From Acidimicrobiales bacterium (lineage in GTDB: Bacteria; Actinomycetota; Acidimicrobiia; Acidimicrobiales; CAIXPF01): a stretch of 64,000 nt of DNA. Below, one piece after another: positions 12,077 to 21,171 of the stretch (position 1 is the stretch's first letter; each line of letters begins with the position of its first letter). The notes beneath the pieces are model-generated. The model worked only from the letters and a program-made list of their open reading frames with translations. It had not been told where the DNA came from and made no database searches. The stretch spans positions 470,590 to 534,589 of the forward strand of contig JAWKIM010000006.1 in assembly GCA_041394365.1 (NCBI GenBank), written 5' to 3'. Made by a program: the position numbers and the translations under genes.

Positions 12077-12867
12077 TCAGCCCTCAGCCCTCAGCCCGCT
12101 CGCGGCCGGCTCGCTGACGAGGAGGCGCAGCACGGCGGACGCCGCCCCGAACCCGTTGTCGATGCCCACCACGGTGACGCCCGACGCGCAGCTCGACAGC
12201 ATGGCCAGCAGCGCGGTGACGCCTTGCAGACCGGCCCCGTACCCCACCGAGGTGGGCACCGCCACCACCGGCGCCGCCACCAGCCCGCCGATCACCGAGG
12301 CGAGCGCCCCTTCCATGCCGGCCACCACGATGGCGGCCCGGATGCCCTCCAGTTCATGCAGCGACGCCAGCAACCGGTGCAGCCCGGCCACACCCACGTC
12401 GTGCAGGCGGCGCACGGTCACGCCGTGGGCGCCGAGCACGGCGCAGCACTCGTCGGCCACGGGCAGGTCGGCGGTGCCGGCGGTGAGCACGGCCACCGGG
12501 CCGGGCCCGTCGCCGGCCGGTTCGACGGCCCGCCACACCACGGTGCTGCCGCCCGGCCCGCCATGGCACACCCCGTGGGCGGCCACGGTCAGGCACGCGT
12601 GACCTGGGCGTCGTCCGCCCGGGTGAGCACCACCGGGCCGTCGCTGCGGGCCAGCAGCTCGACCACCACGCCGGCGCAGTGCTCGGGAGCCTTGCCCGGT
12701 CCGTACACCGCTTCGCCGAAGCCCTGGCGCAGCCGGCGGTGGTGGTCCACCCGGGCGAAGCCGAGATCGGCGAACGGCAGCCGCCGCAAGTGGGCGACCG
12801 CCTCGTCCGCGGTGGTGGTGCCGGCGGCGACCTCGTCGAGCAGCCGCCGCAACGCCGTCTCATCCAT
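12077..12867 (-). CDS. larB: LarB-like (PurE-family) nickel-pincer cofactor biosynthesis protein; one frameshift near 12590.
   Basis: The N-terminal segment [10 protein letters not shown]…[30 protein letters not shown]…VLTRA ends at an in-frame stop, and the PurE-like C-terminal ORF (169 aa, [12 protein letters not shown]…GIDNGFGAA) follows in another frame. Confidence 0.8.
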
Positions 12868-12900
12868 GCCCCCATCATCGCCGACCGTCGGGCCGGGCCG

Positions 12901-12998
12901 GGAACCGGCTCGACGGTCGGCGCCTGCAACCGGCTCGACGGCGGTGCCCGCAACCGGCTCGACGGCGGTGCCCGCAACCGGCTCGACGGCGGTGCCCG
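12901..12998. repeat. 24-bp tandem repeat (CAACCGGCTCGACGGCGGTGCCCG), three perfect copies plus one degenerate copy, in the divergent larB / NTF2-like intergenic region.
   Basis: Read directly from the sequence. It lies between the larB start (about 12867, minus strand) and the NTF2-like ATG (13018, plus strand). Confidence 0.75.
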
Positions 12999-13017
12999 GG
13001 TCTGCGAGGGTGCAGCC

Positions 13018-13485
13018 ATGGACGCCACCGCCATCCGCCAGCGCATCGTCGACTACTACGCCGCCTGCAACCGGGGTGATGTTGAGGCGCTCGCTGCGCT
13101 GTTCACCGAGGACGTGGTCCACTACTTCCTCGCCCCCAACCTGGCGCCGCGCCCGGTGGCCGGCCGGGAGCACCTCGCCCACTACTGGCGCAAGGTGCAG
13201 GCCGCCTTCGACGGCTGCTGGGTGGTGGACCACCTCGTCGCCGACGCCGAGGCCGGCGAGGCGGTGATCGAGTGGACGCTCTTCTGGACGCCGCCGCAGA
13301 CCGGGGAGCGCGTCGCCACCCGGGGTGCCGAGTGGTATGTCTTCGACGGCGAGCTGATCAAGGAGATCCGCGCGTACTACCGCCAGGAGACGGCCACCTC
13401 GGAGCTGGAGGGCTTCCCGTACGCCGAGCGGGGCTACAGCCTGCCCGGCGCCGAGCGCAGCGTCCTGCAGCCCGCACCCCGCTGA
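13018..13485 (+). CDS. NTF2-like / SnoaL-like (ketosteroid-isomerase fold) protein.
   Basis: MDATAIRQRIVDYYAACNRGDVEALAALFTEDVVHY… is a typical SnoaL-like N-terminus. The annotated ORF over-extends upstream into the repeat array. Confidence 0.65.
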   Translation: MDATAIRQRIVDYYAACNRGDVEALAALFTEDVVHYFLAPNLAPRPVAGREHLAHYWRKVQAAFDGCWVVDHLVADAEAGEAVIEWTLFWTPPQTGERVATRGAEWYVFDGELIKEIRAYYRQETATSELEGFPYAERGYSLPGAERSVLQPAPR

Positions 13486-13517
13486 CGACCGACCCCGGCA
13501 GTGGCCCGCCCGTCCTG

Positions 13518-14342
13518 TCAGACCCCGGGGTCCGCCACGGGGATCCGGTCGAGCCGCACGGCGATGCCCTCGAGGCCGGGGCCGGCTGCGGGGTAGCGGC
13601 GCAGCACGGCGGGATCGTGGCCGGGCACCGCCCAGGCCGGGTCGTCCGCCAGGCGGCGCACGGTGTCGTGGCCCTCGAGCATGGCGCCCACGTCCACCAC
13701 CGTGGTGAACGGCCGGTTGGTCCGCAGGTGGTCGTAGTAGTGGGCGGCGTCGGAGGCGAGCACGATCCAGCCGATGGCGGTGTGCACCCGCACGCACTGC
13801 AGGCCGGCGGTGTGGCCGCCGATGAGATGGACCGACAGGCCGGGCGCCAGTGTCTCATCGCCGTCGTGGAACACGACCCGGTCCCGGTAGACCTCGACCA
13901 CCAGCGCCCCCACCTGCTCGGCGGTGAACCCGTGGCGCAGCGCCGAACGGGTCATGTGCCGGCCGGTGGCGAAGGCCATCTCTCGGTCCTGCACGTGGAA
14001 GCGGGCGGCGGGGAACTGGTCGAACCCGCCCACGTGGTCGTAGTGGAGGTGGGTCAGGATCACGTCGGTGGCGGCGGCGGCGTCGATGCCCACCAGCGCC
14101 AGGCCCTCGGCCGTGGTGCGCAGGCAGGTGCGGCCCCGGGCCTCGCCGTCGGCTCGGGAGAACCCGGTGTCGATCACCCAGGTGCGCTCCGGCCCCACCG
14201 CCGCCCACACGAAGTAGTCCATGGGCATGGGCACGTCGTGACGGTCCCCGCCGATGAAGTGCTCCGGTCGTCGCGCCGGTCGCTCGCCGTACTTGACGGC
14301 GTAGACCTCGTGGACCGGCAGTGCGCTGGTGTCAGCCCCCAT
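13518..14342 (-). CDS. MBL-fold metallo-hydrolase (AHL-lactonase-like).
   Basis: HLHYDHVGG zinc-binding motif in a 274-aa intact ORF. Confidence 0.8.
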   Translation of the reverse strand: MGADTSALPVHEVYAVKYGERPARRPEHFIGGDRHDVPMPMDYFVWAAVGPERTWVIDTGFSRADGEARGRTCLRTTAEGLALVGIDAAAATDVILTHLHYDHVGGFDQFPAARFHVQDREMAFATGRHMTRSALRHGFTAEQVGALVVEVYRDRVVFHDGDETLAPGLSVHLIGGHTAGLQCVRVHTAIGWIVLASDAAHYYDHLRTNRPFTTVVDVGAMLEGHDTVRRLADDPAWAVPGHDPAVLRRYPAAGPGLEGIAVRLDRIPVADPGV

Positions 14343-14631
14343 GCGGGCGCACGCTAGCCCGGCCCCGACGCGGCCGGGCCCCGACGCGACCGGGCCGGCC
14401 GCCGGGCGGCGGTGCCGCTTCGACGACCGGCCCGATCGGGCTGGGTGGAGGGTTGGTTGCGCTCCGGTGGGTCGGGGAGGGTCCGACCCACCGGGCGTTC
14501 CGGCGGGCTGGGAGCCGGAACGAGGTGCAGCTTCCGATCACCGGCTCAGCGCCGGCTCCCCGAACCCTCCGAATCCCCTGGGAATGCCACCTCCCGCGCA
14601 CCAGGTGGGGCGCCGCCGGGGGCCGAGCGGC

Positions 14632-15768
14632 TCAGCCGGTGGGGCCGGGGATGATGCGGCGCTCGATGAGGGCGCGCAGCCAGTGGCAGAACGATTCCTC
14701 GGTGTCGTAGGCGGCGTCGAAGCCGGCCCGGCGGATCTTGACGGTGGAGAGGAACGTGGGCGGCCGTGGCCGGGTCTCCCCGTGGGCGAAGCACCGGTCG
14801 GCGTAGTGGTGCGATTCGCCGAGCAACTGGTCCATGCGCAAGGGCCGCAGACCGTGGCGGGCCACCACGTCGTCCCACTGCGCCGCCCGGGCCGGCAGGT
14901 AGGTGGCCAGCTCGCACGGCTCGTCGGGTCCGGTCTCCACGCCGAGCACCTGGGCCATGGCCGGCCAGATGGTCCGCCATTCGAACACCTCGCCGTTGGT
15001 CAGGTTGAACGTCTCGCCGGCGGCGGCGCCGTGCGTGGCCGCCCAGTGCAGGGCGTCGGCCACCAGGCGCGAGTCCACCGCCTCCCAGACGTAGGGGACC
15101 CCGCCGGGGAAGGAGAACGGCTTGCCCTCGGCCCGGCGCAGCGCGGCGTACAGGCCGATCACCGGCGGCAGGTTCATCACCACCCCGTGGTTGGGTCCGA
15201 CGATCAGCTGCGGCCGGAAGATGGTGAACGTCCAGCCCCCGGCGGCCGCCCGCTCGCGCACCAGGTCCTCCTGCAGCCAGTAGAAGTTCGGGTGGTCGTC
15301 GCGCGGGGCCCGCTCCCGGGCCGGCACGGCGATGGGGTGCAGGTGGGCACCATACGCCTTGGTACCCTGCAGCAGGCTGAGGTGGCGCAGGACGCGGCCC
15401 GCGCCGCCACCCAGTGGATCGAGCACGTTGGCCAGCATCCGCCGGTTGCGCTCCATCTGCGCGGGGTCGCGCCAGCCGGCGATGAGCCCCGGTGCCTCGG
15501 AGACAGCGGCGTACACCACGTGGGTGATCCGGTTCTGCAGCGGCGCCAGGGCCGCCCGGCAGGCGTCGCCATCGGACAGGTCGACGGCCAGGTGGCGCAG
15601 CCGCCCACCGGGCACCGAGGCGTCGAGCTCGGGTGGCCGTCGTGACAGCGCCAGCACCTCCCAGCCCTCGGTGAGGAACCGTTCGGCGGCGGCGGTGCCG
15701 ACGAGGCCGCTGGCGCCGGCCACGAGGACGGTGCCGGGCTGCGCGTTGGTGGTCTCGGCCATGGTCAT
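14632..15768 (-). CDS. SDR-family NAD-dependent epimerase/dehydratase.
   Basis: N-terminal Rossmann motif VLVAGASGLVG in a 378-aa intact ORF. Confidence 0.8.
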   Translation of the reverse strand: MTMAETTNAQPGTVLVAGASGLVGTAAAERFLTEGWEVLALSRRPPELDASVPGGRLRHLAVDLSDGDACRAALAPLQNRITHVVYAAVSEAPGLIAGWRDPAQMERNRRMLANVLDPLGGGAGRVLRHLSLLQGTKAYGAHLHPIAVPARERAPRDDHPNFYWLQEDLVRERAAAGGWTFTIFRPQLIVGPNHGVVMNLPPVIGLYAALRRAEGKPFSFPGGVPYVWEAVDSRLVADALHWAATHGAAAGETFNLTNGEVFEWRTIWPAMAQVLGVETGPDEPCELATYLPARAAQWDDVVARHGLRPLRMDQLLGESHHYADRCFAHGETRPRPPTFLSTVKIRRAGFDAAYDTEESFCHWLRALIERRIIPGPTG

Positions 15769-15858
15769 GCCCGGACCGTAGCTGACCTACCGATCGGTAT
15801 GGGACGGGGGCGGCGCGGCTGGCGCCCGGTCGCTCGGCGGGGCCTACGATCGCCGACC

Positions 15859-16857
15859 ATGCGCGCCTACGTGTTGACCGGACAGAGCGATGCCCCGCTC
15901 GCCCTCGAGCAGCGACCCGAACCCGAGCCGGGCCCGGGCGAGGTGGCGGTGCGGGTGCAGGCCACCTCGCTCAACTACCGCGACCTGATGATCTCCCGCT
16001 CCGGCCGCTCGGGGATCGTGCCGTTGTCCGACGGTGCCGGGGTGGTGACCGCGGTCGGCGCCGGTGTCCGCTCGGTGGCCGAGGGCGACCTGGTGTGCGG
16101 CTGCTTCTTCTCGCACTGGCCGTCGGGGCGCATCAGCGCCGCCGTGCACGAGAGCGCGCTGGGCGGCGCCGTCGACGGCATGCTGGCCGAGGTCGTCGTG
16201 CTACCCGAGCACGGGGTGATCAAGGCGCCGAGGGGCTGGACGGCGGCCCAGGCGTCGACCCTGCCGTGTGCGGCGCTGACCGCCTGGAACGCGCTGGTCG
16301 GCGGCCAGCCGGTGCGCGCCGGTCAGACCGTGGTGCTGCTCGGCACCGGCGGGGTGTCGATCTTCGGGCTGCAACTGGCCAAGCTGCTCGGGGCCCGCAC
16401 GATCATCACGTCGAGCAGCGACGAGAAGCTCGCCCGCCTCGAGCCGTTCGAGGCCGACGCCACCATCAACTACACCGCCCACGAGCGCTGGTCGGACGTG
16501 GTGCTGGAGGAGACCGGCGGCCTCGGTGCGGAGCTCATCTTGGAGGTGGGCGGTGCCGGCACGCTGGCCCAGTCCATGCGCTGCACCCGCCACGGCGGCC
16601 AGATCGCGCTCATCGGCATCCTCACCGGTACCTCGGGGCAGGTGAACCCGGGGCTGCTGGTCGGGCGCAGCGTGGACCTGCGCGGTCTGTACGTGGGCAG
16701 TCGGGAGCAGTTCGCCGACATGAACGCCGCCATCGACCAGCACGGGCTCGAGCCGCTCATCGACCGGGTGTTCCCCTTCGCCGATGCCGCCGCGGCCTAC
16801 GAGCACCTCGCCTCGCAGCACCACATCGGCAAGGTGGTGATCAGCGTCGGCGACTGA
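15859..16857 (+). CDS. NADPH:quinone oxidoreductase / zinc-type alcohol dehydrogenase (MDR family).
   Basis: MRAYVLTG… start and a GTGGVS nucleotide-binding motif. The ORF track start at 15799 is probably an over-extension. Confidence 0.85.
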   Translation: MRAYVLTGQSDAPLALEQRPEPEPGPGEVAVRVQATSLNYRDLMISRSGRSGIVPLSDGAGVVTAVGAGVRSVAEGDLVCGCFFSHWPSGRISAAVHESALGGAVDGMLAEVVVLPEHGVIKAPRGWTAAQASTLPCAALTAWNALVGGQPVRAGQTVVLLGTGGVSIFGLQLAKLLGARTIITSSSDEKLARLEPFEADATINYTAHERWSDVVLEETGGLGAELILEVGGAGTLAQSMRCTRHGGQIALIGILTGTSGQVNPGLLVGRSVDLRGLYVGSREQFADMNAAIDQHGLEPLIDRVFPFADAAAAYEHLASQHHIGKVVISVGD

Positions 16858-16859
16858 CC

Positions 16860-18367
16860 TTGCCGGCTCGCGCCGGAGCGGCCCGGCGGTCCGCCCGGCC
16901 TTGGTGGTCCGCCCGGTCGCGGGTGTGGGCGGATCGACCGGCAGCTCGGCCGCCGTCCAGAACCCGGGCCGAGGCCGGCTGCCGGCACCGCCCTTGGCGT
17001 AGTGGCGCAGGCGGTCGGCGTCGCCGTCGGCGAGCAGGTCCACCACGTCGAACACCGTGTCGGGCCCGGCGGCGCGCAGGGCGGTGTCGCCCTCGCCCGG
17101 CTGCTTGGGCAGCGCCGTGGTCAACAGCACGTAGGGGGTGGCGCCACGGGCGGTGCGCACCGCCGCCGCCCGTCCCAGCGAACGCCACACCACCTCGTTG
17201 CGCAACAACCCGCCGCGATGGCTGGTGGACGGCCCGGCCACGTCGAACCACCACTCCTGCCCGGCGGCGTCGGCGGCGACGAAGGAAACGGCCACCCCGG
17301 TGCGGCGGATGCGGCGATCCCGCTCGCGCACGGTGAACCCGGCGTCCTCCAGAGCCTGCTCGGCCAACTTGGCCGCCGCCCGACCGTCGTCATCGCCGGC
17401 CCGGGCGCCGCTGCGTTGCACGGCGGTGTCGACCGTGCCGACCGGGTGGTTCCGTGCGATGAGCGCATCCTGCACCCGCTGCCGGGCGATGTCGACGTAG
17501 GCCGGGTCGAGGTCGTAGCCGACGTAGCGGCGGTCGAGCAGGGCTGCGGCCACCAGCGTCGAGCCGCTGCCCATGAACGGGTCGAGGACCAGATCGCCCT
17601 CGTAGGTGTACAGCCGGATGAGCTGCTCGGGCAGCTCCACCGGGAACGGCGCCGGGTGGCCGACCCGCTTGGCGCTCTCCGGCGGGATCGACCAGATGTC
17701 GAGGGTGAGGGCGAGGAAGTCCTCGGTCATGATCGTGCTGCGGTGGGGCAGGCCTGCGCCTGGCGCTGCTTGGCCGTGCGGGCCCGGTCGAAGCGGCCCT
17801 TGCTGGCCACGATGGCGCGCTCGGTGATGTCGCGCAGCACCGGGTTGGCGGGGCTGCGGAAGGATCCCCAGGCGCACGAGGCCGGAGGCGCCCTCGCCCT
17901 TCTGCCAGATCAGCTCGCCCCAGCAGCAGGCCGAGGTCGTGCTCGAGGATGCGGATGACGTCGGCCGACAGGCTGCGGTAGGGCTTGCGGCCGAGGTTGG
18001 CCACGTTCACCGCGATCCGCCCGCCGGGTTCGAGCTTGGCGGCGCAGGCGGCGAACACGTCGGTCAGCATCTGCAGGTACTCGAGGTAGGACGACGGCAC
18101 CCCCTCCCGTTCGAGCTCCTCCTCATACTGCTTGCCGGCGAAGTACGGCGGTGAGGTGACCACCAGCGCCACCGAACCGTCCTCGATGGTGTCGAGGTGG
18201 CGGGCATCGCCGCAGACGAACGGCTCGGCCACCGGTGCCGGGGCCGGCACCCGATCATCGTCGGAGAGCTCGGGGGCCCGGAAGCGGTCGTAGAACGGCG
18301 TCGCGTCGTGGCTCTCGCGTGCGCCCACCCCGAAGTTGGAGGTGGTCGTCCTGCGTCGCTGCTTCAT
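16860..18367 (-). pseudogene. DNA N4/N6 methyltransferase with a C-terminal extension of about 130 aa; at least three frameshifts (17700–17900). No cognate endonuclease is visible.
   Basis: Motif IV TSPPYF in the 325-aa ORF. ELIWQKGEGASG and the catalytic and AdoMet regions (DPFMGSGSTLVAA) are in other frames. The ORF 16201–17877 cannot be real beyond about 16860 because it overlaps the oxidoreductase on the opposite strand. Confidence 0.65.
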
Positions 18368-18576
18368 CGCCGGTGCTCGCTCCCTGGATCAAGGTGCCGC
18401 CAGGCTAGCGGAGCCGCGCGCGCAACGGCGAACATACGCGCGAGCACGGTGCCGGCCGGTCGGGGGACGATGTCGGGTAGGACATGCCGGGTGGTACGCA
18501 GCGTGCCCGTGGAGCATCCTGATCGATGCTTCGAGCCGGTCGTGGAACGCTCCAGATGGGCCGGGAAACAACAAGA

Positions 18577-18618
18577 GGCCGGTCACCGACCCAGGAGGGT
18601 TCGGGTCGGTGACCGGCC
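18577..18618. other. Perfect 16-bp inverted repeat (GGCCGGTCACCGACCC–N10–GGGTCGGTGACCGGCC) in the divergent intergenic region between the MTase and the HAD hydrolase.
   Basis: Read directly from the sequence. A lower-GC, promoter-like stretch follows at about 18640–18720. Confidence 0.6.
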
Positions 18619-18825
18619 GAATCTTGTGCGGCTGATCGTGCACCCGATCGCGCGAACTGTCCAGACACAGAATCACCATTTCGCGCCGTCGGCGCAGTGG
18701 CGCATACCTCAGGCGTTGGGAGTGGGGAGACCTACCGGTGAGGAGCGCACGGAGCGTGAACAGGCAGGCCGGGTCCGTCCCCAGGCTCCTCGCCGTGCAG
18801 CGCGCCGCCGGCCGTACGATCGAGC

Positions 18826-19645
18826 CGTGCTGCAGCAACCCGACGTGCCCGCCCGGCCCCGCCTCATCGCCACCGACCTCGACGGCACCCTGCTGCGCAG
18901 CGACGGCACGCTCAGCGATCGCACGGTGGCCACCGTCACCGCCTGCGAGGCGGCCGGCGCCACGCTGGTGATCGCCACCGGGCGACCGCCCCGCTGGATC
19001 TCCGCCATCGGTGAGCGGCTCGGCCACCAGGGCCTGGCGGTGTGCGCCAACGGCGCGCTGGTCTACGACCTGGAGACCGAGTCGGTGGTGTCGAGCACCC
19101 GCATCGAGGTAGACGCCGCCGCCGAGATCGTCCGCCGGGTGCGGCGGGCGTGGCCGGCCGCGGTGTTCGCGGTGGAGGCGGTGGACCACCTCGGCCTCGA
19201 ACCGGCGTGGCCGCTCAACTTCGAGCCGCCGCCGGGCACCCGCTTCGGCGACGCAACGGAGTTGGTGACCGTGCCGCCGGTGAAGATCCTCGCCCGCCTG
19301 GAGGGCCATCCGGTGGAGGCGGCGATGGCCAGCACGGCGGCCGATCTGGCGGGCCTGGCCGAGGTCACCTGGTCGGGCGGCAAGCACCTGCTGGAGATGA
19401 GCGCGCCGGGTGTCACCAAGGGCGCGGCGCTCGCCGCGCTGGCCGACCGGCTGGGGGTGGGCGCGGTGGAGGCGATCGCCTTCGGTGACATGCCCAACGA
19501 CCTGGACATGCTGCGCTGGGCCGGCCGGGGTCTGGCGGTGGCCAACGCCCACGAGCTGGTGCGGGCCGCCGCCGATGCGGTGGTGGGCGCCAACGACGAC
19601 GACGGCGTGGCCGCCGAGCTCGAAGCCGTGTTCGGTCTGGGCTGA
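18826..19645 (+). CDS. HAD-superfamily hydrolase (Cof-type phosphatase).
   Basis: LIATDLDGTLL motif I and GDMPNDLDML motif; GTG start. Confidence 0.85.
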
Positions 19646-19717
19646 CCCGAGCCGGCCGCGCCCCACTGCTCGGACCGCCGTTTCCGCCGGTGTCGCACCG
19701 CGTGCTGGACTGCGCAG

Positions 19718-20769
19718 GTGATCGTCGAATCGTTGCTACCGCTGGGCAAGCTCGACCCGGGCCTCCGCGAGCCGGAGACCCCGCTCGACATCAGGGACTT
19801 CGCCCGCTTGGCGGCGGTGGCGGAGGAGGTCGGCCTCGGCGCCGTGCTGGTGGAGGAGACGAAGGACGACCCGTTCCAGCTGCTCGCGCTGGGGGCGACC
19901 ACCACGTCGCGGATCCAGCTCGGCACGTCGGTGGCGATGGCCTTCCCCCGCAGCCCCACCGCCACCGCGATGTCGGCGTGGTCGCTGCAGAAGGTGTCCA
20001 ACGGCCGGTTCCTGCTGGGCCTGGGCACCCAGGTGCGGGCCCACATCGAGCGCCGGTACGGGCTGCCGTGGTCGGCGCCGGCGCCGTGGATCCGTGACTA
20101 CGTGGGGGCCATGCGGGCGGTGTGGGACTGCTGGCAGCACGGCACGCCGCTGCAGTTCGAGAGCGAGCACTACACGCTCAACCTGATGGTCCCGCTGTTC
20201 AACCCGGGCCCGATCGAGCACCCGCGCATCCCGGTGCACCTGGCCGCCATCGGCCCCAACATGTGCGCGGTGGCGGGGAGTTGGCCGATGGTGTGCGGCT
20301 GCACCCGGTGTGCTCCGCCAAGTTCATCGACACCGAGGTGCTGCCCGCTCTGGTCCGGGGCGCGGCGCGTACCGGTCGGGATGTCGACGAGGTCGAGATC
20401 TGCATGAAGCCGCTGATCGGCACGGCGCCGGACGCGGCGACGTTGGAGAAGGTGGTCCGCACCGTGCGGGCCCGGGTGGCGTTCTACCTGTCGACCCCGT
20501 CCTACCGGCGGGCGTTCGCGGTGCACGGGTGGGAGTCGATCGCCGAGCGGGCGTCGGTGCTGTCACGGGCGCAGCGGTGGGAGGAGCTGCCCGGGCTGGT
20601 GGACGACGAGCTGCTGCACACGATCGCCACCGTCGGCACCTACGACGAGATCGCGGGCAAGCTCAACGAGCGCTACGCCGGCCGGGTGCACCGCATCGAG
20701 TTCTCGATCCCGGTCAACAGCGAGCAGGACGCCGAGGCGTTCCGCTCGATCCTGGCGCAGCTGCGCTGA
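19718..20769 (+). CDS. LLM-class F420-dependent oxidoreductase (luciferase-like monooxygenase family); one frameshift at about 20285 (G-run).
   Basis: The ORFs 19718–20407 and 20122–20769 join as …AIGPNMCAVAGELADGVRLHPV… when one G is added. Luciferase-like TIM-barrel sequence throughout. Confidence 0.8.
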
Positions 20770-20850
20770 CCCACCCGGTCGGCGCTGGCCGACGTTCGGT
20801 TCGCCCGGCCGACGTTCGGTTCGGCCCGGCCGACCACCGGGCCAACCCTT

Positions 20851-21011
20851 CGCGGGCGATTCGATCTCGATTCGCCGTTCTCGACCGGCGTGGAGCAGCC
20901 GCCCACAGACGGTGGTCGTTGCTGACCCCACGGGTGTGCTGCCACGCGCCGGGTGCCCGATCTTTGTGTCTCACGACCGGTTCCGAATCGACGTCGAATC
21001 GAGCGCGACGG
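20851..21011. repeat. Palindromic MITE-like repeat, copy 1 (arms CGATTCGATCTCGATTCG … CGAATCGACGTCGAATCG).
   Basis: The inverted 18-bp arms, each containing TCGACGTCGA, are separated by about 110 bp. They lie between the convergent LLM and SDR genes, and homologous copies occur at about 27.1 kb and 50.8 kb. Confidence 0.8.
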
Positions 21012-21171
21012 TTTCCCGGGGACCCCCGGGTCTCGGCGCCCGATGCGGCCGAGCACCCGTCGGTCGGCTGCGCCACGGCGCCGCTACGGTGTTGGTGGTG
21101 CCGCAATCGATCGCCAACAGAGCCCCGGCCATCGGGCCGTTGCTAGCACAGCCCGGACGGCGCAGGCCGGG

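Noticed and set aside
10859-12867. Calling the locus a lactate racemase (Lar) system.
   Set aside because: Only LarB and LarC homologues are present. LarA and LarE are absent from the window, so the physiological role cannot be assigned.
12901-12998. Tandem repeat arrays considered as possible CRISPR (24-bp ×4 at 12.9 kb, 13-bp ×4 at 40.5 kb, 18-bp ×3 at 5.06 kb, 17-bp ×2 at 53.5 kb).
   Set aside because: The repeats are directly adjacent with no unique spacers, the arrays are shorter than 100 bp, and no cas genes are present. They are VNTR-like or coding low-complexity repeats, not CRISPR.
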